A DNA stretch of 62,673 bases, filler included. It is 6 parts of 6 records of this genome, joined end to end, with 100 filler letters (N's around TTAATTAATTAA, not from the genome) between each part and the next. Parts side by side here need not be neighbours in the genome. Positions count along the whole stretch, not along the records: positions 32,696 to 42,089 come from SRR20825019_2843; positions 42,190 to 51,990 come from SRR20825019_2846; 4 more parts are not named here. One strand, given 5' to 3'. Positions 35,394 through 45,827 of the stretch are shown here, piece after piece. A model generated the notes under the pieces. The model was not told the origin of the DNA and searched no databases. It saw only the letters and a list, made by a program, of their open reading frames with translations. The position numbers and the translations under genes are program-made. Position 1 is the first letter of the stretch. Every line of letters starts with the position of its first letter.

Positions 35394-36362
35394 ATGAAAC
35401 ATTTAAAAAATATATTGGCATTTATTGGATTGATAGCTGTTGTGAGCACCTTAATTTTTGCCGTGCAGTCGGATGGAGTAGAGGAGAAGCCCGAAGCAAA
35501 GGAGGTGGAACCGCAGGTTACGGACAAAAATGTGGCGGATACCTATCAAATCAGTGCCATCGAGATTCCCAAAGATTTAAATTTCGCGGGCGAAGCTGTG
35601 CCTCAGGAAGACCCTGAGATTATGGAGCGCGTAGATCGTGAATTCTTGGTGAATACATATTGGCAATCCAACGCCTTATTGTTGATGAAGAGAGCCAACA
35701 AGTACTTTCCGATCATTGAGCCGATATTAAAGAAAAATGGTATTCCGGATGATTTTAAATATTTGGCCGTTGCAGAGAGCGGATTGGAGAATGTTGTTTC
35801 GCCTGCTGGTGCCACAGGTTTTTGGCAGATAATGAAAGGTACGGGAAGAGAGTACGGCCTTGAGGTGAACGATAATGTGGATGAACGCTACCATGTTGAA
35901 AAAGCTACCCAAGTGGCCTGCGATTATTTGAACAAATGGAAAGAACGCTTCGGAAGTTGGACTTTGACCGCTGCAGCCTACAATGCAGGACCCGCGGGTA
36001 TTCAAAAGTATATGGGCATTCAGCAGGTAGATGATTATTATGACTTGCTATTGGGACAAGAAACAGGACGCTACGTGTTCCGTATTTTGGCCATCAAAGA
36101 GATTATTTCCAATCGTGATAAATATGGTTTTCAATTGGAGGAGGGCGATATGTACGAAAAAGTACCCACCTTTACGGTTGAGATAGATACCGCCGTGACC
36201 AATTGGGCAGATTTTGCTGAACTTTACGAAATCAACTACAAAGTGTTGAAGCGTCACAACCCATGGTTGCGCGAACCACACTTGAACAACTCATCCCGTA
36301 AAAAATACACCATCGAAATCCCGAACAAGGGGTATTACCGTGTGGGGAGTACTGGTAAGTAG
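35394..36362 (+). CDS. Lytic transglycosylase (SLT/MltD-like)
   Basis: N-terminal anchor; LAVAES catalytic Glu motif, GATGFWQIM, DER, AAAYNAG, ETGRYV. Confidence 0.9.
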   Translation: MKHLKNILAFIGLIAVVSTLIFAVQSDGVEEKPEAKEVEPQVTDKNVADTYQISAIEIPKDLNFAGEAVPQEDPEIMERVDREFLVNTYWQSNALLLMKRANKYFPIIEPILKKNGIPDDFKYLAVAESGLENVVSPAGATGFWQIMKGTGREYGLEVNDNVDERYHVEKATQVACDYLNKWKERFGSWTLTAAAYNAGPAGIQKYMGIQQVDDYYDLLLGQETGRYVFRILAIKEIISNRDKYGFQLEEGDMYEKVPTFTVEIDTAVTNWADFAELYEINYKVLKRHNPWLREPHLNNSSRKKYTIEIPNKGYYRVGSTGK

Positions 36363-36413
36363 GGAATAGGCTCAACAAAAAAACTTACCTACTTTATATA
36401 AATCAAGGGAATG

Positions 36414-37052
36414 TTAATTTATAACTTTCCCAACATCTTTGTTCAGATTTTTAAATGGTGAGGGGGTTAAATGGGCGTGTTCGACATCAATTATTTTTCC
36501 AGACGTCTTTTCCACTTTGAATGATGATTCTTGAAGTGCGGAAACAACAATGACATCATAGTAGTTATCATGTTCACGAATTGTCATGTCATCCTCAAAA
36601 TTTGATGCGTCAATGGAACCAACGGCAGTACTTCTATTCATCGATTCTATGACAAATTGAATATTCTGATTTATTTCCTTGGTCTCGCTGTAGAAGGGAA
36701 TACTATCTTTTTCTGAATCTACAATCCAATTGACAACAGGACAGTAGCTGGCTGTTTTTTCCAAAACACTTATTTCCACATCAAAATAAAACCCGGTTTC
36801 GATGGGAAGGTATTTTATGGGGTTTCTTAATGAAACAAAAACATTTTTACCATCGGTAGTTACATCAATTTTGGAGAAATTCTGAATTCCAACTTTTCTG
36901 TCCATTGACTTCAAGGCCAATTGTACAATGGAATCCTTTCCCAGTTGTACAATTTCTTCTACTTCTTTATCCATTGTAGTAATATTTTGGGAACAGCATA
37001 AAAGGCCGTTTAGTGACAAACTAAAAAAGATGAATATTTTAAGCATTTGCAT
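36414..37052 (-). CDS. Hypothetical exported protein
   Basis: Long ORF; signal-like MQMLKIFIFFSLSLNGLLCCSQ from ATG 37052. Confidence 0.6.
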   Translation of the reverse strand: MQMLKIFIFFSLSLNGLLCCSQNITTMDKEVEEIVQLGKDSIVQLALKSMDRKVGIQNFSKIDVTTDGKNVFVSLRNPIKYLPIETGFYFDVEISVLEKTASYCPVVNWIVDSEKDSIPFYSETKEINQNIQFVIESMNRSTAVGSIDASNFEDDMTIREHDNYYDVIVVSALQESSFKVEKTSGKIIDVEHAHLTPSPFKNLNKDVGKVIN

Positions 37053-37135
37053 TGTTCTATTTTGGTGAGAGTAACGAGGCAAAGAAATAAAATAAACGGA
37101 GCGCCGAAGCATATATTCTTCCCACGGCGATTTTT

Positions 37136-37795
37136 TTAATATTTAAACAGAAAATAAGGAGAAGGGAAGTAGGTTTCAACTTTTGGTAGTAACTTGGGTG
37201 AGATATAACCCCAATCCGAATAACCAACATCCATCGCTGCTTGAGTAAGAACTTGAAGATGTAGATGGCAAAACCAACCGCCGCTATCTTCTTCCTGTCC
37301 TATGTGAGCGAATTTTTGCCCAGCCACGATTTTTTCGCCAGCATGGATCAAGTGCGGCGTTTTCAAATGCCCGTACATGGAATAAAAAACAACTCCGTTG
37401 ATTTCATGTTTTAGAATAATGTAGCCACCATAATTGCCAATAGTGGTTTCTTTTCCTGTTTTATAGACTTCAGCGTCCAACGGGGAATACATTGGGGTAT
37501 CAAACGGAACGATGATATCCAGACCAAGATGGTAAAACCGTTGCTCCTCGATAATATTGGGGTAGGCCCTTAAAAGGCTTTTGCGCTCTTCCAAATACCT
37601 GCCAACGCCCCATTGATGGGACGATGCATGCAACTCATCAAAAACCATAGTATTAAATTCCTTGAAATCCAATAAGTTGTATTCCAAGGTTTTTGGGTTG
37701 TTTGATGAAAAATCAAAAAGGTAAGGCTTACCTACAAGGAAATCGCCAAATAAAGGATAAATATCGACACCATTAAGGCAGAGCGGATAGTACAT
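37136..37795 (-). CDS. M23-family metallopeptidase domain protein
   Basis: HLGLD (HxxxD), GNYGGYIILKH, YGHL, HLH. Confidence 0.85.
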   Translation of the reverse strand: MYYPLCLNGVDIYPLFGDFLVGKPYLFDFSSNNPKTLEYNLLDFKEFNTMVFDELHASSHQWGVGRYLEERKSLLRAYPNIIEEQRFYHLGLDIIVPFDTPMYSPLDAEVYKTGKETTIGNYGGYIILKHEINGVVFYSMYGHLKTPHLIHAGEKIVAGQKFAHIGQEEDSGGWFCHLHLQVLTQAAMDVGYSDWGYISPKLLPKVETYFPSPYFLFKY

Positions 37796-37932
37796 AGTTG
37801 AAAAATAACCTCAAAAATAACAACTATTTAGAGTGAAAGATGGGTTAGGTCTGAATTATATAATCTGAAAAGGAGGTTTTGTGGTCGTTATATTGTCGGC
37901 AACATGTTTTATACGAAGCTATCTGCACTTGT

Positions 37933-38457
37933 TTAGCTGCCCGCAAATGGTGTTCCAAAGATGCCAACAGCCAGTTCGGCCCAAACCATAAGTAAGACCA
38001 CGAACAATACAATGCCCAAGATAATTCGATATCGCAAGGTTTTTATTTTCCTTAAAATGAATTCAAGCACCAGTCCTGTGCCGATCAATAAAATACCTAC
38101 GACGAGGAAATCAAAGGTCGACCAGTTTACCTCGTTAGTAAAACCCATGGCAATAAGGGGGATGGACAGAATTGACAAGGCAACGGCCAAAATAGTGATA
38201 AGTCTTTTGTTTTGATGAGTAAGTTCCATAGTATCTGTATGTGTTAAGTGATAAATATTCCCAATAATAGCTGGACGAAACAAAAAGAGAACATCTTTTA
38301 TAAAGAGTCTGTTTGCTTTTGCGTATCCATATTTTAAATAATAATTGTTGAACCGCTCCATTAAATCCCCCTCGATTTCTTCACGAAAATCGGGATGGCA
38401 ATACCAATTAAAGAATGCCAATGCAATTTGTAGCGGCTTATGTTCTTTTTTATTCAT
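37933..38457 (-). CDS. PadR-associated 'permease prefix' domain fused to a 3-TM membrane domain
   Basis: WYCHPDFREEIEGDLMERF...DVLFLFRP, then three hydrophobic segments ending WAELAVGIFGTPFAGS; 3 nt downstream of padR. Confidence 0.75.
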   Translation of the reverse strand: MNKKEHKPLQIALAFFNWYCHPDFREEIEGDLMERFNNYYLKYGYAKANRLFIKDVLFLFRPAIIGNIYHLTHTDTMELTHQNKRLITILAVALSILSIPLIAMGFTNEVNWSTFDFLVVGILLIGTGLVLEFILRKIKTLRYRIILGIVLFVVLLMVWAELAVGIFGTPFAGS

Positions 38458-38460
38458 TGC

Positions 38461-38790
38461 CTAAAAATTGAATGATAGTTTGGGTATGGCATTCCAAAGT
38501 GAATTTCTTTGGGCTTTTGTCAAGTCTAGTAATTCTTGACCCTCCGCGGTAATTTCATAGAGACGTTTTCGTTTTCCGCCCCGCTCATTGGTAGCATCAC
38601 CAAGATCTGATTTCAACAAACCTTTCTTCTCCAACCTTTTTAAAACGGTCTGTACGGCTCCCAAACTGACATTCCGATCCAACCGCTCTTCAATTTCTGA
38701 AATAATGGTTACGCTGTAGGCATCACCGTTAAGTATGGCAACAACCAGTAAAACAATCTCCTCAAATTCCCCAAGAGTTGGCTTGCTCAT
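38461..38790 (-). CDS. PadR-family transcriptional regulator
   Basis: LGEFEEIVLL, VSLGAVQTVLKRLEKKG, RGGKRKRLYEITAEG. Confidence 0.92.
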   Translation of the reverse strand: MSKPTLGEFEEIVLLVVAILNGDAYSVTIISEIEERLDRNVSLGAVQTVLKRLEKKGLLKSDLGDATNERGGKRKRLYEITAEGQELLDLTKAQRNSLWNAIPKLSFNF

Positions 38791-38831
38791 TTCAATATAT
38801 TTACCCCAAATGTAGTTAATATAATTTAATA

Positions 38832-38846
38832 AACTACATTGTAGTT
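38832..38846. promoter_or_regulatory. Putative PadR operator palindrome AACTAC-ATT-GTAGTT
   Basis: Perfect 6-bp inverted repeat 42 nt upstream of the padR start; second GTAGTT half-site at 38812-38817. Confidence 0.55.
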
Positions 38847-38993
38847 AAAATATTTTCCACATCAGAAATATACTCCTTTGAGTTTGCTGGTTGAAAAATC
38901 AAATATATAGGGTTCTGCCTAACAAAAATCGACAAAAATCTTAGGTTTAGGGGTAGTGCTGAGGTTGATATAGGCTTAATGCATAAGAGCAGA

Positions 38994-40361
38994 CTATTTG
39001 ATTTTTTCCCATTCGGTAATTCCATTCTGGTCGGCGGTAAATCCGATAACCTCACCCTCTTGGTTTCTGGAGAATTGAAATTTGGCCTTGGCAGCTTTGG
39101 ATTCCATTTTATCCATACCCGTCATGGTCAGTACGGTTCCAGTTCCCTTTGCTCCTGGAAAATCGAGGACCAATACATCATCCACCATAAAGATCTCTAT
39201 TAATTTAGATGCTCCCTTAAGTTGATACGTTCCAAAGAACTCTTGGTAAATGTTGTATTGTATTTGATTTTTATCTTGAATGTCCAATGGATTTCCTAAA
39301 ACCACACTGGCCAAATAGTTGGCAACTTCCTCGGTTCTTTCCATGGATTTATTTGCCAAAATACACACAAACAGATTTTCATCTGGGATATATAGCCCAT
39401 AACTTGTAAATCCATACAGGTTTCCACCGTGCTGTATGGTTTTGTTCCCTAAAAGATTTTTTATAAAAAATCCATACCCATATCCCGTGCCACTTCCTTG
39501 TTTTGTCAGTTTTTCTGTAATCAGATGCTCTACTACAAAATCGGTTAACATGGATTTATTTTTTAATTCCATGTTCCATTTAAGAAGATCATCAACAGTT
39601 GAAACAATGGCGCCCGCTGCATAAGGGACCGACCCAACGATTGCTGGGGAAGGCATTAAACTGCCTTTATAAGACCTGTAGCCTTTGGCAATTCTTTTTT
39701 TCTGCATTTCATCGTTGTACCACAAACTGGAAGATGACATTTCCAAAGGCTCAAAAATATTTGCCTTCATGTACTCTTTCAGTGAAACGCCCGAAACCTT
39801 CTCAATAACAACCCCAAGAAGAGGATAATTGGAATTGCTGTATTGAAATTTAGTGCCAGGTTCAAATACTAAGGGCTCATTTTTATAGTAATCAATAAGT
39901 TGTTTAGGGGTATGTTCTTGAGATAGTAAATACATTTCCTCTTCATCAATATCAAAAAATTCTGGAATCCCCGATGTTTGTGATAGTAGATGGTGAATAG
40001 TTATCGGATATTCTTTTACTGGGAAGTACTCAACGTATTTTTGAATCGGATCTTCCAACGAAACTTTCCCAGACGCTATCAATTGAAGTATTGCGGCGGA
40101 CGTGAATTGTTTGGTCATGGACCCTATCTGAAAAATCATGTCCGTTGTTAAAGGCTTTCGTTTTTTTATATCGGAAAGACCGAAGGCCTGTTTGAAGATA
40201 ACATTGTTATTTTTTGCAATTAGGATGACTGCACCTGGCCCATCTTCAGGGTATTCCTTTTGTAGAAAGAGCTCAATGGTCTGATTTTGATTGTTCTGAG
40301 AGCTTGTGGTGTGGTTTATTATGATGGAGAAGAAAAGAGCAATTAGAAATCGTAAGTTCAT
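38994..40361 (-). CDS. Exported serine hydrolase, beta-lactamase/AmpC-like
   Basis: Signal peptide; SMTK (SxxK), YSN (YxN), HGG; extra C-terminal beta domain. Confidence 0.9.
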   Translation of the reverse strand: MNLRFLIALFFSIIINHTTSSQNNQNQTIELFLQKEYPEDGPGAVILIAKNNNVIFKQAFGLSDIKKRKPLTTDMIFQIGSMTKQFTSAAILQLIASGKVSLEDPIQKYVEYFPVKEYPITIHHLLSQTSGIPEFFDIDEEEMYLLSQEHTPKQLIDYYKNEPLVFEPGTKFQYSNSNYPLLGVVIEKVSGVSLKEYMKANIFEPLEMSSSSLWYNDEMQKKRIAKGYRSYKGSLMPSPAIVGSVPYAAGAIVSTVDDLLKWNMELKNKSMLTDFVVEHLITEKLTKQGSGTGYGYGFFIKNLLGNKTIQHGGNLYGFTSYGLYIPDENLFVCILANKSMERTEEVANYLASVVLGNPLDIQDKNQIQYNIYQEFFGTYQLKGASKLIEIFMVDDVLVLDFPGAKGTGTVLTMTGMDKMESKAAKAKFQFSRNQEGEVIGFTADQNGITEWEKIK

Positions 40362-40491
40362 GGTTGGTGGTTTTCTTGAACCACGTCAACAACAATGCCA
40401 ATTGTTTCTTCTAGGCTATAAAACCAAGATATTGTAAGTAAAGTTTATGGAATGTGTTTATTCTGGGATAAATGTCAATAACCGAAATCTC

Positions 40492-41007
40492 TTAAATCTT
40501 CTTCATCTGCTGCTGCATCATCTTGATCTGGTCGGTAAGCATGTTGTTCTTGTCCAATTTCTTGGCTTCGTTCAACAACTGGGTTGCTTCGCGCTTTCTG
40601 CGTTTTTGCATGGCAATACCCGCCAAGCTCAATTTGGCCATGGCCACATCGTAGTCCATGGTGAGACCAAACTTGAGGGCCTTTTTAAAGTACTTTTCTG
40701 CTTGGGTCAGGTTTTTTTGTGAGTAGATAATCCCGTGCAGGTAATTGTAATAACCTACTTGTTTTTTGATAAGGGCAGACTCAGGGTTCTTAATTTTATC
40801 AAGCCAGTTTTGCACTCCGTCCAAGTCTTGCTTTCTCATCTTAAGAAAGGCCAAAAGAATAAATTCATTTCTAAAGTAAAGGAAGATGAAAACAAGGGAG
40901 AGCAAGATCAATGCAATTCCGTTGCCAATGTTGCCTTCCACAAATTGGTAAACGGCATAAGCAATAATGAGAACGGCAATAACAAGCTTAATATTTTTAT
41001 TGAACAT
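40492..41007 (-). CDS. Membrane-anchored TPR-like protein
   Basis: Two N-terminal TM helices, then TPR-like helices (YYNYLHG..AEKYFKKAL). TACTTTTG -7 promoter box at 41044-41051 (minus). Confidence 0.75.
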   Translation of the reverse strand: MFNKNIKLVIAVLIIAYAVYQFVEGNIGNGIALILLSLVFIFLYFRNEFILLAFLKMRKQDLDGVQNWLDKIKNPESALIKKQVGYYNYLHGIIYSQKNLTQAEKYFKKALKFGLTMDYDVAMAKLSLAGIAMQKRRKREATQLLNEAKKLDKNNMLTDQIKMMQQQMKKI

Positions 41008-41084
41008 ATCGTCTAGTAATTTTTACCTTTGGTTTAGCGCTGGCAAAAGTACTAAAAACTTAATTAAATATTTTAAGTTTGGGC

Positions 41085-41114
41085 TTGCCAAAGTAAAAAG
41101 TCTTTGTATATTTG
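41085..41114 (+). promoter_or_regulatory. Bacteroidota promoter of rpmH
   Basis: TTG at 41085-41087 and TATATTTG at 41107-41114. Confidence 0.7.
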
Positions 41115-41176
41115 CGCCCAGAATTTTTTAGGGAAGTTTAATTTCCCATCAACAAAATCCATAAAACAGTTCGGAA

Positions 41177-41335
41177 ATGAAAAGAACGTATCAACCATCC
41201 AAAAGGAAGAGAAGAAACAAGCATGGTTTTAGGGAGCGCATGGCGACTGCCAATGGTAGAAAAGTTCTTGCGAGAAGAAGAGCCAAGGGAAGAAAAAGAC
41301 TAACTGTTTCCTCTGAGCCAAGACATAAAAAATAA
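41177..41335 (+). CDS. rpmH: 50S ribosomal protein L34 (52 aa; absent from ORF track)
   Basis: [52 protein letters not shown]. Confidence 0.98.
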   Translation: MKRTYQPSKRKRRNKHGFRERMATANGRKVLARRRAKGRKRLTVSSEPRHKK

Positions 41336-41359
41336 TGATAGTATCCTATTATTTAAATT

Positions 41360-41394
41360 AAAGGTGTTACTTTTCTAGGTAACACCTTTTTTTT
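41360..41394 (+). terminator. Intrinsic terminator after rpmH
   Basis: AAAGGTGTTAC-ttttctag-GTAACACC followed by T8. Confidence 0.88.
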
Positions 41395-41430
41395 GACATA
41401 TAAGCAAATAACGAGAAACCCCTAAAGAAA

Positions 41431-42089
41431 ATGCCAAAAAGAAAAGATTTAAATTCCATTTTGATTATTGGTTCTGGCCCAATCATTATCGGTCAGGCAT
41501 GTGAGTTCGATTATTCTGGTTCCCAAGCACTTCGCTCTCTTCGGGAAGATGGTATCGAAACCATTTTGATAAACAGTAATCCCGCCACCATTATGACCGA
41601 TCCGGCCATGGCGGACCACGTTTATCTAAAACCATTGACTACCAAATCAATCATAGAAATACTTCAAAAACACCCAAATATTGATGCTGTATTGCCAACT
41701 ATGGGAGGACAAACGGCATTGAACCTTTGTATAGAAGCCGACGAAAAAGGTATCTGGGAAGACTTTGGAGTGGAGATCATAGGCGTAGATATCGATGCCA
41801 TCAACATTACCGAAGATCGTGAGAAATTTAGGGAACTCATGCTTAAAATTGGAATCGGAATGCCACCTCAAGCTTCCGCTACCTCATTCTTAAAAGGAAA
41901 GGAAATTGCCCAGGAATTTGGTTTTCCCTTGGTGATTAGAGCTTCGTTTACCCTTGGTGGTGCTGGAGCTGGTATCGTTTACGATCCAGAGCATTTTGAT
42001 GATATGTTGAGCCATGGTTTGGAAGTGTCGCCAATCCACGAAGTAATGATAGATAAGGCCTTGATGGGCTGGAAAGAATATGAGTTGGA
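41431..42089 (+). CDS. carB: Carbamoyl-phosphate synthase large subunit, 3'-truncated
   Basis: MPKRKD..ILIIGSGPIIIGQACEFDYSG, NSNPATIMTDP, LPTMGGQTALN, GWKEYEL. Confidence 0.97.
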
Positions 42090-42189
42090 NNNNNNNNNNN
42101 NNNNNNNNNNNNNNNNNNNNNNNNNNNNNNNNNTTAATTAATTAANNNNNNNNNNNNNNNNNNNNNNNNNNNNNNNNNNNNNNNNNNNN
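42090..42189. other. Artificial contig spacer
   Basis: 44 N + TTAATTAATTAA + 44 N. Confidence 0.98.
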
Positions 42190-42782
42190 CATCAGTCCGT
42201 CCGTCGTCGGGACCGCTGAGCAACCCCGCTCCGGCTCGCTGAGCATCTGGGGGCCCATCAACGGTAATCATGACATGCCAGTGCCTGGTAGCGGGTGAGC
42301 CGCAGCACTGTGGTCGGCCGCTCCGATGAGGGAACGACAACCACACTGGACCGCCAAACTGGCTGGCGACAGTCTGGGTATTGTTATCAGTGGAGAATGG
42401 GATCATCAGTCAACAAGGCTTGTGTGAGCTCCGAGGCACTTTGAAGGCTTTGCGGAGGTCATCCATCGTTGGCCCGGGCGGCCCGGCCGATCCTGAGGGG
42501 CCGGGTTCGCGCCCACCGCGGCACCGTCGCTCGGCACCCAGACAGCACTCACTTCGACAGTGATCTGCTGGCAAGCCGTCACTGCGGTAGGCGGTGAGTG
42601 ACGATCAGTTGATTCGGATCCTCGTCGCAGCTCTTGTGGGCACGGGCAGTCTGACCGGCTGCTTTTCCGTAATTGCCAGGTCTCAGCGGTGCCTCAGAGC
42701 TGGGTCCCAGCTCTAAGCAGGTCGCTCACAACGGGTATTTGATTACTGCTCTCGCACTTTTGTACAAACTTGATACCCAGAT

Positions 42783-45700
42783 ATGAAGGCGGCAGCACTC
42801 TCGGCGCTGTTGACCCTGGCGTTGGTCGGTGTATACGCCGGCATAGACGTTGAAACTGGCTCCTTTGCTCAGAAAGATAGCGAGATCCTTAATGTGCATA
42901 TGATCGCGCACACTCACGATGACGTGGGATGGCTGAAGACTGTTGATCAGTATTATGCTGGTCTTAAACCTGATATTCAGCAGGCTAGCGTTAACACCAT
43001 CCTCGATACTGTCACCCTTGCTCTTGAGCAGAACAAGGACAGGAAGTTCATTTATGTTGAGATCGGTTTCTTCGCTCGTTGGTGGATGGAGCAGGACGAG
43101 GCTAAGAAGGAGAGCGTGCGCAACCTGGTGAAGGAGGGCCGTTTCGAGTTCATTAACGGCGGCTGGTGCATGAATGATGAGGCCGCCCCGACCTATACCG
43201 ATATCATTGATCAGATGACCCTGGGCCATCGCTTCCTGTGGGATGAGTTCCAGGTGCGCCCCACCATTGGGTGGTCTATTGACCCCTTCGGCCACTCCGC
43301 TGCTCAGGCCTCTCTCTTCGCGTCTATGGGCTTCGACGCTTTCTTCTTTGCTCGTATCGACAAGGACGACCGTGCTAAGCGCTGGGATGACAAGGAAATG
43401 GAGTTCATGTGGCGCGGCAGCCACTCTCTTGCTAAGGAGACCGAAATCTTCACTCACGTGATGTACCAACACTACGACGCCCCGGCTGGGTTCAACTTCG
43501 ACTGGGGAAGTAACGATGCCCCCATCCAGGATGACCCTCGCCTCCACGACTACAACGTTGACGAGCGTGCCGATGACTTCGCTTCCAAGATGCGTGACAT
43601 GGCGGGCAAGTACCGCACGAACAACGTCCTCGTGCCTTGCGGCTCTGACTTCCAGTATTCCAATGCTTTCTATCACTTCAAGAACCTGGACAAGCTCATT
43701 AAGTACATGAATGCTAACCAGGACAAGTATGGCATGCGGCTCTTCTATTCGACACCTTCCGAGTATGTCAAGTCTGTGAACAAGTTCTTCAATGAGAACA
43801 AGGAGACTGTGCCCCTTCCTGTTCAGAACGGCGACATCATGTGGCCTTACAACGACGACCAGCAAGGCCATGCCTACTGGACTGGGTACTTCACTTCCCG
43901 CGCTGCTCTCAAGGGCTACGTCCGCTCTCGCTCCACCATCATGCGGGCGGCTGAGAGTGCACGCGTTGCTGCCAACGCTAGCGGTCGTCGCGATACCCAG
44001 TACGGCCGTGAACAGTACTACCGCCGAATCTTTGACATGCAGGAAGCCATGGGAGTGCTCCAGCACCACGATGGTGTGTCTGGTACCAGCAAGCAGGCTG
44101 TGGCCGAGGACTATTCCGAGCGTCTGGCCTTTGGTACTGCTAGCGCCACTGATGCCTTCGTTGATGCCATCCGCAGCAATCTCCGCGGCGACGCCGACTA
44201 CCCTGCTGTTCCCCAGCTCCAGGCCTGCCCGTTCCTAAACGAGACCATCTGCGACGCCACTCATCCTCTTGGCGACAACCAGGTGATTCCTGTGGTTGCG
44301 TACAACCCTTTGGCTAGCGATGAGATGCCGGAGGTTGTTCGTGTGCCTCACCCCTGCGATGTTTATGGCCGTGTGAGCGTGAGCAACGACGATGGAACGA
44401 TTGCCTCTGAGGAGGGCAAGACCGCCGATGGAAAGTGCTTCGTTGCTTTCGAAGTGAATGCGCCCCCCATGGGTCATGCTACTTATTACCTTAAGGCATC
44501 CGCTGCCAACGAGAAGTCAGTCGAGGCCCCCAAGAAGAGCAATGACGACAACGTAGTGTTGGATAACGGCGTGATGAAGGCGACGTTCTCCGCTGCCAAG
44601 GGCGGTCTCACCTCCATCCAGTACTCTGGTATGAAAGAAGTCCCTGCCAAGGTGGAGTACCTGTGGTATGAGTCCTCCACTGGAACCTCTGAAGATGGCC
44701 AGGCATCTGGCGCCTATATCTTCCGTCCCGCCAGCGACACCCCGAACCCCGTCTGGGATGGCAAGACTGCCCCCAAGTTCACCTTCTACGACGGTAAGGT
44801 GCTCCAGGAATTAACTATCGAGTACGGCAAGAATTTTACCACTGTGGTCCGCCTCAGTGCTGGCAGCAACCAGCTGGTGATCCAGCACCAGGTTGGCCCC
44901 CTTGACATTACCGATGGTATTGGCAAGGAAGTTATCGTTCGTTACAGCACCGGCCTCAACACCGGCGACACCTTCCTTGTTGACGCCAACGGCATGGAGA
45001 TGTCTGAGCACAAGCTCAACTACCGTTCCACTTGGACTGCCAATATTCTTGAGAAGGTTGCTGGAAACTACTATCCCATCACCGAGGCTATTGCCGTGGT
45101 CGACAAGAGCGCCGGAATTCGTGCCTCGGTTCTGGTTGACCGCAGCGTCGGTGGTAGCTCACTCAGCAGCGGCCAGATGGAGGTCATGGTCCAGCGTCGT
45201 ATGACGAAGGACGATGGCCGTGGTGTTGGGGAGCCCTTGGACGAGACATATGGTGATGTCATTTTCACCACCCACACCTTCGCCCTCCAGAACGAGGAGG
45301 ATGGTGCCATGCATCGCCTTGCTGCCCGCCGCCTCGCCAACCCACACTTCCTGCTCTTTGCCCCTGTGATTTCTTCCATCCAGCGTGACTTTGCTAGCCT
45401 GTTCCGCACCCGCGCCTCCACCGTGCTGGCTCGTGGGCTTCCTGCCCAGGTTCACCTCCAGAAGCTTGAGGATGTCGGTGAGAATGGCCTTGTTTTGTTG
45501 CGTTTGCACCACGACTTCGCACGCTGTGAGCCTCCTAAGACAATGTCTGAGCCCGTTCATCTTGACCTGAACACCATGTTCGCCCCTGGAATCAAGGTTA
45601 TCGAGGCTCATGAGCAAGGCATGACTGCCAACCAGGAGATTACCGATATCCATCGCCTCAAGTGGCCCTCAGACAATGTCACTCCCGCTGGTGCCCGTAC

Positions 45701-45827
45701 TCCATTCGACGAGATGAGCACTTGCGCATCCAAGTCTTCCCCGAGCTTCCTTCGTGCTTCCTCCACTGCTATCACTCTTGAGCCTATGGAGACCCGAACA
45801 TTCCTTGTCAAGGTGAAGTACCAGTAA
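42783..45827 (+). CDS. Lysosomal-type alpha-mannosidase (GH38)
   Basis: Signal peptide; HTHDDVGWLKT, GGWCMNDEA, WSIDPFGHS (nucleophile Asp), YWTGYFTSR, QHHDGVSGT, SGAYIFRP, GNYYP, DDGRGVGEPL. Confidence 0.96.
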   Translation: MKAAALSALLTLALVGVYAGIDVETGSFAQKDSEILNVHMIAHTHDDVGWLKTVDQYYAGLKPDIQQASVNTILDTVTLALEQNKDRKFIYVEIGFFARWWMEQDEAKKESVRNLVKEGRFEFINGGWCMNDEAAPTYTDIIDQMTLGHRFLWDEFQVRPTIGWSIDPFGHSAAQASLFASMGFDAFFFARIDKDDRAKRWDDKEMEFMWRGSHSLAKETEIFTHVMYQHYDAPAGFNFDWGSNDAPIQDDPRLHDYNVDERADDFASKMRDMAGKYRTNNVLVPCGSDFQYSNAFYHFKNLDKLIKYMNANQDKYGMRLFYSTPSEYVKSVNKFFNENKETVPLPVQNGDIMWPYNDDQQGHAYWTGYFTSRAALKGYVRSRSTIMRAAESARVAANASGRRDTQYGREQYYRRIFDMQEAMGVLQHHDGVSGTSKQAVAEDYSERLAFGTASATDAFVDAIRSNLRGDADYPAVPQLQACPFLNETICDATHPLGDNQVIPVVAYNPLASDEMPEVVRVPHPCDVYGRVSVSNDDGTIASEEGKTADGKCFVAFEVNAPPMGHATYYLKASAANEKSVEAPKKSNDDNVVLDNGVMKATFSAAKGGLTSIQYSGMKEVPAKVEYLWYESSTGTSEDGQASGAYIFRPASDTPNPVWDGKTAPKFTFYDGKVLQELTIEYGKNFTTVVRLSAGSNQLVIQHQVGPLDITDGIGKEVIVRYSTGLNTGDTFLVDANGMEMSEHKLNYRSTWTANILEKVAGNYYPITEAIAVVDKSAGIRASVLVDRSVGGSSLSSGQMEVMVQRRMTKDDGRGVGEPLDETYGDVIFTTHTFALQNEEDGAMHRLAARRLANPHFLLFAPVISSIQRDFASLFRTRASTVLARGLPAQVHLQKLEDVGENGLVLLRLHHDFARCEPPKTMSEPVHLDLNTMFAPGIKVIEAHEQGMTANQEITDIHRLKWPSDNVTPAGARTPFDEMSTCASKSSPSFLRASSTAITLEPMETRTFLVKVKYQ

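Noticed and set aside
42726-44069. 447-aa antisense ORF over the mannosidase (likewise antisense ORFs over katG, htpG, dusC)
   Set aside because: Shadow ORFs arising from strong codon bias; no recognisable motifs.
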